Below are positions 1 through 9,513 of a stretch of 64,000 bases of DNA, piece after piece. A program made the position numbers and the translations under genes. The stretch covers positions 1,180 through 65,179 of the forward strand of contig CAWFAD010000011.1 in NCBI GenBank assembly GCA_963813815.1. The letters run 5' to 3'. Within the stretch, counting starts at the first letter, position 1; each line of letters opens with the position of its first letter. Under the pieces are notes generated by a model. It saw only the letters and a program-made list of their open reading frames with translations, did not search any database and was not told where the DNA came from. The stretch is from an uncultured bacterium. GTDB taxonomy: Bacteria; Krumholzibacteriota; Krumholzibacteriia; Krumholzibacteriales; Krumholzibacteriaceae.

Positions 1-508
1 CTATCAAATTCCGGCTTCGCACAATGGTCAAAACGCACATTGGAATCCTGCGTTATCAAACGTAACATGTACCAGATTTGCTTTTGCCCTATGCATAAAG
101 GCATGGAGTTCTTGCGGATATAACGCTCCGGCAACTGGTACCTTAGCCAATAGCGAGTCGCCCAAGTACTTGTACATGCTGCTGTTGCAGCCCCGTTTCT
201 TCCCAGACTCTCGATACATCGCTGTTTCAGGGTCTTCGTCGCTATTTTATCCGCCTTGCGGGAACTGCCATGCGTTCACGCCCATCCGTTTTGCCCAAAA
301 CACGCGACCCTCGTCATTGCACTATGGACATTGGGCCGGTATCCTTTAGAGTCTATCATGTTAAAACCTGTGTCTTTTGCCCGCCCTATCTTAATCTTGC
401 GAACGGGTAAAGTTACAAGAGTAGGCCGGGTTGTTTATAATGGCTCCATTGTTCCATAAAAACTCTGGATACCAGAGTGCACAGACCTTTTAATTACTTC
501 AGACAGGT

Positions 509-1017
509 TTAACGTGAGTTTAGCGATTTTTGATTTAGATAATACCCTGATAGCCGATGACAGCGATTTCTTGTGGGGACAATTTCTTGTTGATCAAGGC
601 ATTGTCGATAAAGAGTACTATGAAAGCGCCAACGCCAGATTCTTATGATGATTACAAACACGGTACGCTGGATATTGTTGAGTTTTTGCGCTTTTCCCTG
701 CAACCTTTGGCCGATAACGATCCTGAGCAACTGTATCAATGGCGTGCGCAATTTGTCCAGGACGTCATCACGCCGATATTATTAACGCCGGCACAGCAAC
801 TGATTTCCAAACACAGGGATAGGGGCGATACCTTACTGGTCATTACCGCCACCACCGTTTCGTTACCGAACCCATTGTTAAGCTGTATGGCATCAACCTA
901 CTGGCAACCACGCCTGAATTTGTAGCGGGTCGATACACCGGTGGTTTTAATGGCGTTCCTTGTTTTCAGGAAGGTAAAGTGAAGTTATTGGAAGAGTGGT
1001 TAAACTCAACGCGCGAG
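509..1017 (+). pseudogene. HAD-superfamily (subfamily IB-like) hydrolase, disrupted by at least two frameshifts; part of the low-GC foreign-looking 5' segment
   Basis: Frame starting at 509 gives VSLAIFDLDNTLIADDSDFLWGQFL (HAD motif I DxDxT). The protein continues in two other frames (ORF 557..925 and the EGKVKLLEEWLNSTRE frame feeding ORF 979). GC content and codon usage look enterobacterial and are unlike the rest of the window. Confidence 0.4.
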
Positions 1018-2160
1018 GGCGCCCTCAAGGTGTTCATCGAGAATTTTCCGTCCGATTACGTGCGCGAAAATATCCCTTTCGTGAACTACGTCCGCGACAA
1101 GAACGCCGCCGGGTTGTATGCCGTCCTCAGCAGCCTCTACTCGGCCACAGGAGGCGCGGAATACACGATCGAGCTGCACGGACGCGGGCGGTTCGCCGGC
1201 ATGGACGACACGCTCAAGTACTTTTCCGGTCCGACGGAGCTCTATGACGAAACGCGGGAAGGCATCCTGCGCGTGTTGAAGATGGGCCTCATGCGATACG
1301 TCGCGCGAACGCCGCTCGCGGGGGAAATCGACATCACGAGCCGGCACGCCGCGCCGCCCCGCACGGTCGTCGATCCGTGGGATTCATGGGTGTTCACGAC
1401 GAGCGCGAGCAGCGGACTCTCCGGAAATCAGCGGGAAGGGGACTACAGCGTGCGCAGCTCCTTCTCGGCGTCGCGGGTCACGGAAGAGCTCAAGATCGAC
1501 TGCGGCGGCTTCATGAGCTATCGCGAGGACGAGACGGCGCTCACCACGAGGACGCTCAAGAACATATACCGCACGAACAGCTTCGACGCCCTCGTCGTCG
1601 CGAGCGTCAGCGACCGCTGGTCCGCGGGAGGGTTCGCGTCGGCGTACTACGCCACGACCGGCTCGAGGAAAGAGATCTATTCCGTCGCGCCGGCGGTCGA
1701 ATTCAGCGTATTTCCCTACAAGGAAGCGAGCCATCGTTTGATCACGTTCCTGTATCGAGTCGAGTACGCGGACGTGACGTATCACGACGTCACGATCTAC
1801 GACAAGCTCTCCGAGCAGCTCTGGCGGCACACCCTCAGCGGCAGCGTGAGCATGTACCGGGAGTGGGGATCCGCGTTCGCGATGCTCGGCGGTTCCCAGT
1901 ATCTCCACGACCTCGACATCAACAGTCTCTCGGCGACCGCGAGCCTCTCGTTCCGCCTCTTCAAGGGGTTCACGCTGAACGTCGGCGGGAGCTACGCGAG
2001 GAATCACGATCTCATCGACCAGCCGAGGCGCGATCTCACGGACGAGGAGATTCTGCTGCGGCTGCGGAGCATCGCGGAGACGTATTCCTACAGCGCCTCG
2101 CTCGGCTTCTCGTACACCTTCGGTTCGATCTACTCGAACGTCGTCAATCCGCGGTTCTGA
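1018..2160 (+). CDS. 3' portion of an outer-membrane beta-barrel-type protein (N-terminus missing, fused in frame to the HAD fragment)
   Basis: Part of ORF 979..2160. High-GC codon usage begins abruptly at about 1018. The product is Ser/Tyr/Thr-rich with alternating hydrophobic residues and ends ...NVVNPRF (C-terminal Phe, typical of OM beta-barrels). No start codon or signal peptide of its own. Confidence 0.35.
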   Translation, partial: GALKVFIENFPSDYVRENIPFVNYVRDKNAAGLYAVLSSLYSATGGAEYTIELHGRGRFAGMDDTLKYFSGPTELYDETREGILRVLKMGLMRYVARTPLAGEIDITSRHAAPPRTVVDPWDSWVFTTSASSGLSGNQREGDYSVRSSFSASRVTEELKIDCGGFMSYREDETALTTRTLKNIYRTNSFDALVVASVSDRWSAGGFASAYYATTGSRKEIYSVAPAVEFSVFPYKEASHRLITFLYRVEYADVTYHDVTIYDKLSEQLWRHTLSGSVSMYREWGSAFAMLGGSQYLHDLDINSLSATASLSFRLFKGFTLNVGGSYARNHDLIDQPRRDLTDEEILLRLRSIAETYSYSASLGFSYTFGSIYSNVVNPRF

Positions 2161-2324
2161 GCGCGCCGGCGCGCACGCGTCCGGTCGTATTCATGCGACC
2201 TGACGGGGCGGGGGACCGGCGCATTATTCGCTGGAACGCGGGCGAGCGTCGCGGGTATTATCACGTCGCTTCGGGAGCGGGGAACGTAGGATATCCCCGC
2301 GTCACCGGGCAAGGAGGATCTCTC

Positions 2325-2978
2325 GTGAAACGATCGATCATGACTCTCGGCGCGCTGGCGCTCGCGGCGATGCTCGCGCTGCCCGTTCTCGCGGAGAAGG
2401 CGACGACGAAAGCTCTCCCCACCCCGCAAACGACGGGCGGCATGCCGCTCATGGACGCGCTCATGGCGCGCCATTCCTCGCGCGAATACGCGCCCGATCC
2501 GCTCCCGCCGCAGGAGCTCTCGAATCTGCTCTGGGCCGCGTTCGGCGTGAACCGGCCGGAGAAGGGGCTCCGGACGGCTCCCTCGGCCCGCAACATGCAG
2601 GAGATCGACGTCTACGTCGCGACGGGGGAGGGGCTCTACCTCTACGACGCGAAGGCGAACGCTCTCGTTCTCGTTCTCGCGAAGGATATCCGCGGAGCGA
2701 CGGGCATGCAGCCCTTCGTGAAAGAGGCGCCCGTGAACCTCGTCTATGTCGTCGACGACGCGAAGATGGGCGACAAGATGCCGAGAGAGGCGAAGGACGC
2801 GTACGCCGCGGCGGACGCCGCGTTCATCAGCGAGAACGTGTATCTCTACTGCGCCTCGGCGGGTCTCGCCACGGTGGTTCGGGGCGCGGTCGACAAGGAA
2901 GCCCTCGGCGCGGCCATGGGGCTCGGCCCCGGCCGGAAGGTCGTTTTCGCCCAGACGGTCGGTTACCCGAAGAAGTAG
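2325..2978 (+). CDS. SagB-type dehydrogenase / nitroreductase-family protein with N-terminal signal peptide
   Basis: GTG start 7 nt after AAGGAGG. Signal-like MTLGALALAAMLALPVLA. Motif RTAPSARNMQEIDVYVATGEGLYLYDAKANALVLV resembles the SagB/nitroreductase fold. In frame with the 3' end of ORF 1377..2978. Confidence 0.6.
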   Translation: MKRSIMTLGALALAAMLALPVLAEKATTKALPTPQTTGGMPLMDALMARHSSREYAPDPLPPQELSNLLWAAFGVNRPEKGLRTAPSARNMQEIDVYVATGEGLYLYDAKANALVLVLAKDIRGATGMQPFVKEAPVNLVYVVDDAKMGDKMPREAKDAYAAADAAFISENVYLYCASAGLATVVRGAVDKEALGAAMGLGPGRKVVFAQTVGYPKK

Positions 2979-2983
2979 CTTCC

Positions 2984-3877
2984 ATGGCGCTCTGCGACAT
3001 CTGTCCGCGCGGCTGCGGCGCCGATCGAGCCGCCCGCGCGGGATACTGCCGTTCGGGAGAGGGGCTCGAGATCGCTTCGATCTGCCGCCATCGCGGCGAG
3101 GAGCCGGCGCTCTCGGGGAGGCGCGGCATCTGCAACGTGTTCTTCGCGCACTGCAACCTGCGGTGCGTGTTTTGCCAGAATCACCAGATCAGCCGCAACG
3201 AGTCCCCCGCCGGTGGCATGGCTCTCGAAGCGGCGGTTCGCGCGATCGTCGACGAGCTCGACGCGGGCGCGACGCACGTCGGCTTCGTCTCCCCTTCGCA
3301 TATGATCCCCCAGATGAAGCGGGTGATCGCCGCCGTCCGCGAAACCGGGCGCGCCCCCGTCGTCGTCATGAACACGAACTCCTACGACCGCTGCGAAACG
3401 ATCGCCTCGCTCGAGGGCCTCGTCGACGTGTATCTCCCCGATTTCAAGTACCTGGACGAGCGCCTCGCCCGCGAGCTCTCGGACGCCCCCGATTATCCCG
3501 CCGTCGCGCTCGCCGCGCTTCGCGAGATGCACCGCCAGAAAGGGTCGAATCTCGCGATGCGGGAGGACGGCACCGCAGCCTCCGGGCTCATCATCCGTCA
3601 CCTCGTTCTCCCGGGGCAGGTCGCGAACAGCGTCGACGTGCTCCGGGCGATCGCCGAGGAGCTCTCGACCTCCGTCCACCTTTCGCTCATGTCCCAGTAC
3701 TATCCGCCCGAAGCGGCCGCGGGGCGCCCGCCGCTCGATCGAACGCTCGCCGAGGATGAATACGAGACGGTGCGCGCGGAGATGGAACGGCTCGGTTTCC
3801 ACCGAGGGTGGATTCAGGAATGGGGGAGCGCCATCGCGTACCAGCCGGATTTCACGAGGCCGCATCCGTTCGAGTGA
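2984..3877 (+). CDS. radical SAM protein, PflX/AmrS-like (pyruvate formate-lyase activase family)
   Basis: CNLRCVFCQN CxxxCxxC motif preceded by an N-terminal Cys-rich stretch (CDICPRGC...YCRSGEG...ICRHRGEEP), typical of PflX/AmmeMemoRadiSam-type activases. Confidence 0.65.
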   Translation: MALCDICPRGCGADRAARAGYCRSGEGLEIASICRHRGEEPALSGRRGICNVFFAHCNLRCVFCQNHQISRNESPAGGMALEAAVRAIVDELDAGATHVGFVSPSHMIPQMKRVIAAVRETGRAPVVVMNTNSYDRCETIASLEGLVDVYLPDFKYLDERLARELSDAPDYPAVALAALREMHRQKGSNLAMREDGTAASGLIIRHLVLPGQVANSVDVLRAIAEELSTSVHLSLMSQYYPPEAAAGRPPLDRTLAEDEYETVRAEMERLGFHRGWIQEWGSAIAYQPDFTRPHPFE

Positions 3878-3892
3878 ACGCGGCTCGTCCCG

Positions 3893-5599
3893 CTACTTCG
3901 CCGCGCGGGATCTCGGCGCGTGCGCGCGGCGGGAGCGCCTGACCTCTTCCTTGATCCGCTGCACGTGCCCGCGGCCGAGCGCCTTGACCTCGCAGCCGAG
4001 CTCGAAAAAGCGGCGTATCTTCGCGTCCGGGAGGATCCCGTAGCAATCGATCACGGCGACCGCCCTGCCCGCCTTGCGCACCACCCAATCGGGGTCGAGG
4101 GCGAGGTACGGCTCGTGGGGGACGGCGAGGATGACCGCCTCGACGCCCCGCAGCTCCTTCGCCAGATCCTTTCCCACGCGCGCGTTTCGCAGCTCGCCCT
4201 GATTGCGGAAGAACCGGCTCCACGAATGACCCGGCGCGGGATACGTGTCCTGGCTCTCGAGCTCGTACCAGTGCTCCACGTAGGGATCGTGGATGCGCAT
4301 GAAGGCTCCCATCTCGGTGAGCTTGCGGACCACGAGCTCCGATCCGCTGTAGCGCGTGTCGCCGACGTCCTGACGGTAGCTCGCGCCGCAGATGAGGATC
4401 TCGGCGCCCGCGATGTAACGCCCCATGTTGCGGAGGGCGTCCCGCGCCATCTCGGCGACGTGAAGGCCGCGCGTGTCGTTGATGTCGATGGCGGACGGCG
4501 TGATCTTGAAGATCCTGTCGCCGTCCTCGAAACCGAGGATGTGCTGGTACGCCCAGTAGCCGAGTCCGCCGTCCTTCGGGAGGCAGTAGCCGCCGATCCC
4601 GGGGCCCGGAAAGATCATGTTGCTGTGCGTCGGGCGCATGCGGATCGCATTGATGACCTTGATGAGGTCCACGCCGTTGCGCTCGGCGAAGTGGCTCCAT
4701 TCGTTGAGAAAGGCGAGGATCGTCGCGCGGTAGCTGTTCTCCACGATCTTCGTCGTCTCGGACTCGATGGGACGGTCCATGACCGTGAGGGGGAAGTCCC
4801 GCGTGTTGAGCACCTCGCGGAGAAAGCGCTCGACGCGGCGCGTCGCCTCGGCGTTGCAGCCCGAGCAGACGCGCCAGAAATCCCGGATGCTCCGCACGTA
4901 TTCGCGGCCCGGCATCACGCGCTCGAAGCTGTGCGCGAGGAGCGGCGCCGTGCGGATGCGGCGCTCGGCGAAGGCGCGTTTGAGTATGGGCCATACGATG
5001 AACTCCGTCGTTCCGGGGGCGACCGTCGTCTCGATGAGGACGAGGCAGCGCGGAGGTATCTTATCCCCGACGGTCCGCATCGTCGCCTCGAGAGCCGCCA
5101 TGTCGGCCTCGCCGGTGCGCATGTCGCCGAGATCGTTTTTGAGATAGTCGCACTGGACGTCGATCACGACGCAGTCGGCGAATTTCAGGCAGTCGCTGTC
5201 GAAGGTGGCGGTGAAGGTTTTTTTCTTCTGCACCGTGCGCTCGATGATCTCGGCGACTTCGGGGTCCTCGGCCTTGACGGGCGCCGTGCCGCGGTTGAGA
5301 ACCGGAATCTTCCAGTAGCTTCGTGTGCTCGGCCGCTGGCAGCCGATGACGAACTTGCTCGGGTGGCCCTTTTTGTTCGTCGTGTCGGCGATGATCGCCG
5401 CCATGACGACGCCGACGAAGCCGACGCCCATGACGACGACGATCTCCTTTCCCTCGCCGCGCGCTTTTTTCGCGAGCCGTTCGACGCGCCGGTATTCGGG
5501 CGCGTACTCGCCGGGGAGGGGAAGAGGGAATCGCTCGCCGTCGGGGCTCGCGGAGTAGCTCGCGGCGTCCGGAGGATGAATGTCGGTTTTCTTCGCCAT
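3893..5599 (-). CDS. nucleotide-sugar dehydrogenase (UDP-glucose/GDP-mannose dehydrogenase family), long form
   Basis: 568 aa. GVGFVG Rossmann motif near the N-terminus and conserved catalytic-region similarity (GGYCLPKD). Other long ORFs here (3920..5635 +, 3852..4994 -) are low-complexity Arg/Pro-rich and overlap this gene. Confidence 0.65.
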   Translation of the reverse strand: MAKKTDIHPPDAASYSASPDGERFPLPLPGEYAPEYRRVERLAKKARGEGKEIVVVMGVGFVGVVMAAIIADTTNKKGHPSKFVIGCQRPSTRSYWKIPVLNRGTAPVKAEDPEVAEIIERTVQKKKTFTATFDSDCLKFADCVVIDVQCDYLKNDLGDMRTGEADMAALEATMRTVGDKIPPRCLVLIETTVAPGTTEFIVWPILKRAFAERRIRTAPLLAHSFERVMPGREYVRSIRDFWRVCSGCNAEATRRVERFLREVLNTRDFPLTVMDRPIESETTKIVENSYRATILAFLNEWSHFAERNGVDLIKVINAIRMRPTHSNMIFPGPGIGGYCLPKDGGLGYWAYQHILGFEDGDRIFKITPSAIDINDTRGLHVAEMARDALRNMGRYIAGAEILICGASYRQDVGDTRYSGSELVVRKLTEMGAFMRIHDPYVEHWYELESQDTYPAPGHSWSRFFRNQGELRNARVGKDLAKELRGVEAVILAVPHEPYLALDPDWVVRKAGRAVAVIDCYGILPDAKIRRFFELGCEVKALGRGHVQRIKEEVRRSRRAHAPRSRAAK

Positions 5600-5760
5600 G
5601 GGGATACCTCCCGGTTCGGGACGGGCTCATGGTAGCACGGGAGACCGCCGGAACCAAGGGGCGCTTTGGCGCCGCGGAGCGGAAGGATCGCGTTCATATT
5701 TCTTTTGCGCGGCGCTCGGCGGCGAGTGTATGATTCGCCGCGAAGGGGGCGCATCCGAAT

Positions 5761-6096
5761 ATGAAAGAGCCTTCGCACGACGATATCCGCGGGAAAGCTC
5801 TCGAGCTCGGCTCGCTCGCGGATTACCAGACGGGCGCCGTCGTGAGCCGGACGCTCGTCGACAAGAAGATCGGCACGATCACGATTTTCTCGTTCGACAA
5901 GGGGCAGGGCCTGAGCGAGCACACCGCGCCCTACGACGCCTTCGTCTACGTCGCGGACGGGGAGGCGGAGATCACGATCTCCGGAAGAGAGCTCCGGGCG
6001 CGGCGGGGAGAGATCGTCGTCATGCCGGCCGGCGAGCCCCATTCGCTTCACGCGGTCGAGCGCTTCAAGATGTTGCTCGTCATGATCCGCGCGTGA
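5761..6096 (+). CDS. cupin-domain protein
   Basis: 111 aa. Small beta-barrel pattern with GEAEITISG...GEIVVMPAGEPHSLHAV, typical of the cupin_2 family. Confidence 0.55.
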   Translation: MKEPSHDDIRGKALELGSLADYQTGAVVSRTLVDKKIGTITIFSFDKGQGLSEHTAPYDAFVYVADGEAEITISGRELRARRGEIVVMPAGEPHSLHAVERFKMLLVMIRA

Positions 6097-6115
6097 AGGG
6101 CGGCGAAGAGCTTCG

Positions 6116-7342
6116 TTGCGCTTCGCTCCGGCCCCGGTTATACTCGAGCTCGTCTCGGCCGCCGCGGCGCGCCGCGCCGGCCCGCCGGTATGGGTGTGGT
6201 GCAGGGGAGGTGGGGTCGTGGTTTGTTCTCCTATCGCTCGTCGTATCCTCGACATCGTTTCCGCAAAGGGCGTCTCTCCGGGCGCGTGGTCCGAGGCGCT
6301 CGGCCGTATCCCCCTCGACGACGTCGCGGGCATGCTCGCATCGGCCGAGGGGCGCGAGCGTCTGAGCCGCATCCTCGAGCGCCCCGTCGCGGCGCCCGAT
6401 CCGGCGTTCGTCGAGGAGCAGCTCCGGCGTCTCGAGGCGGGAGGGTACGGCCTCGTGTCGATCCTCGAAGAGAAATATCCGCGGCTCCTGCGCGAGATTC
6501 ACGAGCCGCCGCCGGTTCTCTTCTACGCGGGGGATATCGCGGCCCTCTCGAGGCCCGCTCTCTGCGTCGTCGGATCGCGCCGCGCGACGAGACGCGGCCT
6601 CATCGCCGCGCGGGAATTCGCGCGGGGGCTCTCGGACCTCGGATTTCACGTCGTGAGCGGCCTCGCCCGCGGCATCGACGGCGCGGCGCACGAGGGAGCG
6701 CTCGGCGGGGCGGGGGGCACCTCGGCCGTTCTCGGCTCCGGCATAGACGTCGTTTATCCGCCCGAGCATCGGAGTCTCGCCGCGCGCATGCTCGAATCGG
6801 GATGCATCGCGTCGGAGTTTCCGCTCGGCACCGAGCCCTTCCGGTACAACTTTCCGCGAAGGAATCGCGTTCTGAGCGGCGTCTCGCTCGGGGTCGTCGT
6901 CGTCGAGGCGGCGCTCGAGAGCGGAGCGATGGGCACGGCCGGGTGGGCGGCCGATCAGGGGCGGGAGGTCTTCGCGGTCCCCGGGCCCATAGACGATCCG
7001 CGAAGCCGCGGTCCCCACAAGCTCATCCGCGACGGCGCCCATCTCGTCGAGTCGCCGGGCGACGTCGCCGCCGCCCTGGGAGGCGAAGTGGCGGGATCGC
7101 GGTTCCGCGGGACGGCGCCGGGCGAGCGACCCCGCGAGGCGCCGCAGAGCGGACTTTTCGACGGCGACGAGCGGCGCGTGCTCGAGGCCCTCGATCTCGA
7201 CCCGAAACATATTGATGAGCTCGTGGAATTCTGCCATATTCCTCCCGCGATTATTCTGCCGATTCTCCTCGCCCTCGAGATGCGGGGCGTAATCGTATCG
7301 TGCGGGAGTGGCACGTACGCGCTCGCCGCGCCGGCTGGCTGA
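6116..7342 (+). CDS. dprA: DNA-processing protein DprA (Smf)
   Basis: Conserved DprA Rossmann-like core (LCVVGSRRATRRG...VVSGLARGIDGAAHEGAL...VLGSGIDVVYPPEH...NFPRRNRVLSG) and a C-terminal winged-helix tail. The true start may be an internal GTG (6194 or 6218). Confidence 0.75.
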   Translation: MRFAPAPVILELVSAAAARRAGPPVWVWCRGGGVVVCSPIARRILDIVSAKGVSPGAWSEALGRIPLDDVAGMLASAEGRERLSRILERPVAAPDPAFVEEQLRRLEAGGYGLVSILEEKYPRLLREIHEPPPVLFYAGDIAALSRPALCVVGSRRATRRGLIAAREFARGLSDLGFHVVSGLARGIDGAAHEGALGGAGGTSAVLGSGIDVVYPPEHRSLAARMLESGCIASEFPLGTEPFRYNFPRRNRVLSGVSLGVVVVEAALESGAMGTAGWAADQGREVFAVPGPIDDPRSRGPHKLIRDGAHLVESPGDVAAALGGEVAGSRFRGTAPGERPREAPQSGLFDGDERRVLEALDLDPKHIDELVEFCHIPPAIILPILLALEMRGVIVSCGSGTYALAAPAG

Positions 7343-7362
7343 AACACGCGGGAACACGAGCG

Positions 7363-8517
7363 ATGGAGCAGGCGACACAATCCACGCCGCGCGCGGCGAC
7401 GCGGAAAACCGTTTCCATCGTCCGCTGCCGGGCCTACGATCCGTCCGAGATCGCCGACGCGGTCAAGCGCGTCCTCGAGCCGCTCGGGGGAATGGAAGCC
7501 TTCGTGAAGAGCGGCCAGCGCGTGCTCCTCAAGCCGAATCTTCTCTCCGCGAAGGATCCGAAGCGCGCGATCACGACGCACCCGAATCTCGTCGAAGCCG
7601 TCGCGCGCGAGGTGCGCCGCTGCGGCGCCACGCCGGTCGTCGGCGACAGCCCCGGAGGCGCGATTCGCGGCATCAAGCGCGTTTGGGCCAACACGGGCAT
7701 GGAGGAGATGGCGCGGCGCGCGGGCGTGGAGCTCGTGAACTTCGAGGCCTCGGGCTCGCGCGGCGTCAAGTTCGGCTCCTACACCTTCTACGTGGCGAAG
7801 CCCGTGCTCGAGGCGGACGTCATCATCAACCTCCCGAAGCTCAAGACGCATTCGCTCACGCTCCTCACCTGCGCGGTGAAGAACATGTTCGGCGTGATGC
7901 CCGGATTCCGGAAGGGGGAGCAGCACAAGCTCTACCCGAAGCCCGTCGAGTTCGCGACGATGCTCGTTCACCTCTACAAGCTCGTGACGCCGTCTCTCTC
8001 GATCGTGGACGCCGCGCTCGCGATGGAGGGGAACGGCCCGAGCTCGGGAAATCCCACGTGGCTCGGGCTCCTCATGGCGGGGGAGGACGCCGTCGCCGTG
8101 GATGCCGCCGCGGCGAGGCTCGTCGGGTTTACCGGCGAATGCATCGACACGACGCGCATCGCCGCCGAAATGAATCTCGGCGAGGGGCGGGTCGAGGATC
8201 TGCGGCTCGCGGGCGACGCCGCGGACGCGCGGGCGGAGGGTTTTCTCCTCCCGACGAACGGCGCGCAGCGGCTCATTCCGCGCCCCCTCATGAAGCTCGT
8301 GGCGCCGCTCGTGTGGGTGAAGCCCGTGATCGTCCCGTCGAAGTGCATCGGGTGCGGTTTCTGCGCCGAGAGCTGCCCGGTGAAAACGATCAAGAAAGAG
8401 GGCGCCGTCTACCGCATCGTCGACAAGGACTGCATCAAGTGCCTCTGCTGCCACGAGCTCTGTCCCGAATCGAGCATCGAGATCAAGCTGAGCCCTCTCG
8501 CGCGCCTGTTCACCTGA
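7363..8517 (+). CDS. DUF362-domain protein with C-terminal 4Fe-4S ferredoxin domain
   Basis: ATG at 7363 follows the dprA stop. Two CxxCxxCxxxCP ferredoxin motifs near the C-terminus (CIGCGFCAESCP, CIKCLCCHELCP). N-terminal DUF362-like architecture. Confidence 0.55.
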   Translation: MEQATQSTPRAATRKTVSIVRCRAYDPSEIADAVKRVLEPLGGMEAFVKSGQRVLLKPNLLSAKDPKRAITTHPNLVEAVAREVRRCGATPVVGDSPGGAIRGIKRVWANTGMEEMARRAGVELVNFEASGSRGVKFGSYTFYVAKPVLEADVIINLPKLKTHSLTLLTCAVKNMFGVMPGFRKGEQHKLYPKPVEFATMLVHLYKLVTPSLSIVDAALAMEGNGPSSGNPTWLGLLMAGEDAVAVDAAAARLVGFTGECIDTTRIAAEMNLGEGRVEDLRLAGDAADARAEGFLLPTNGAQRLIPRPLMKLVAPLVWVKPVIVPSKCIGCGFCAESCPVKTIKKEGAVYRIVDKDCIKCLCCHELCPESSIEIKLSPLARLFT

Positions 8518-8540
8518 GGGCGGCGGAGGATGGAGACGCC

Positions 8541-9452
8541 ATGAGCGGCCCCTGGAAGCGGATTCGCCACCGTCTCGAGCTCGCCGGCGTGCGGCTTCTG
8601 ATCGCCATCCCGCGGCTCCTGCCGTTCGAGGCCGCGGTGAAGACCGGCGGAACGCTCGGAATCCTCGCCTTCGATCTCTTCCGCGTCCGGCGCCGCGTGA
8701 CGCTCGAAAACCTCGACCGCGCCTTCGGCGACGCCCTGACGCGCGCCGAAAAGATCCGCGTCGCCAGGCGCTCGTACGTCAACTTCGCGAAATCGATGAT
8801 CGACTTCGCATCGCTCGGGCGGTTTTCGAAGGAGAAGCGCCTCGCCATCGTGCGGCACGAGGGGCTCGAGCACGTTCGCGGCGCGATCGAGGGGGGACAC
8901 GGCGTTATCCTCCTCCCGGCGCATTTTGGAAGCTGGGAGCTTCTCGTCACGAGCCTCGTTCCCCACGGATTTCCGACGGATTTGCTCGTGGGCGAGCAGA
9001 CGAACGGCCTCGTGAACGACCTCATGAACGGCATCCGGCGCAGCACGGGCGCGGGCATCATCGAGCGGGGAATCGCTGCGCGGGGCGTGTTCCAGTCCCT
9101 GAAACAGAAACGCGTCGTGGCGCTGCTCGCCGATCAGGACGCGCGCAAATTCGGCATCTTCGTCGATTTCTTCGGGACGCCGGCGTCAACGCTCACGGGC
9201 CCCGCGCATTTCGCCGTGAGAACGGGTTGCCCCATCGTCTGCAGCTATATCGTGCGCGGGCCCGGCGAGACGCACCGGGCGTACCTCCTCCCGCCGATAT
9301 ACCCGCGGGCGGGCGCCGACCGCGACGGGGAGATCCGCCGCCTGACCGAGGAGTCGACGAGGATTCTCGAGGAGTACGTGCGGCGACACCCCGATCACTA
9401 TTTCTGGGCGCATCGCCGGTGGAAGACGCGGCCGAGCGCGCCGGGCTCATGA
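8541..9452 (+). CDS. lysophospholipid/lipid A acyltransferase (LpxL/HtrB family)
   Basis: ATG at 8541. HFGSWE acyltransferase motif and general LpxL/HtrB-like organisation. It is the 3' part of the long mixed ORF 7308..9452. Confidence 0.6.
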   Translation: MSGPWKRIRHRLELAGVRLLIAIPRLLPFEAAVKTGGTLGILAFDLFRVRRRVTLENLDRAFGDALTRAEKIRVARRSYVNFAKSMIDFASLGRFSKEKRLAIVRHEGLEHVRGAIEGGHGVILLPAHFGSWELLVTSLVPHGFPTDLLVGEQTNGLVNDLMNGIRRSTGAGIIERGIAARGVFQSLKQKRVVALLADQDARKFGIFVDFFGTPASTLTGPAHFAVRTGCPIVCSYIVRGPGETHRAYLLPPIYPRAGADRDGEIRRLTEESTRILEEYVRRHPDHYFWAHRRWKTRPSAPGS

Positions 9453-9513
9453 TACGAGCGCCCGCCGCCTGCGGCGGCTGGGCGCTTCGAAGAGAGCGAT
9501 ACTCCGCGGGCCT

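Noticed and set aside
1377-2324. 5' two-thirds of the 533-aa ORF 1377..2978
   Set aside because: It overlaps the OMP-fragment reading frame and is Arg-rich low complexity. Only the last 218 codons (from the GTG at 2325 after AAGGAGG) show a nitroreductase/SagB pattern.
3852-5635. Long ORFs 3852..4994 (-) and 3920..5635 (+) overlapping the nucleotide-sugar dehydrogenase gene
   Set aside because: Arg/Pro/Gly/Ala-rich low-complexity translations typical of off-frame or antisense reading of high-GC coding DNA. The 3893..5599 (-) frame carries the conserved Rossmann and catalytic motifs.
5185-8454. Long ORFs 5185..6372 (-), 5580..6365 (+), 6080..7378 (-), 6190..7215 (+), 6955..8454 (-)
   Set aside because: Overlap cupin, dprA and DUF362 genes. 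Products are low-complexity (RRRR, PRPR, GRG runs) with no motifs. Interpreted as GC-driven spurious ORFs.
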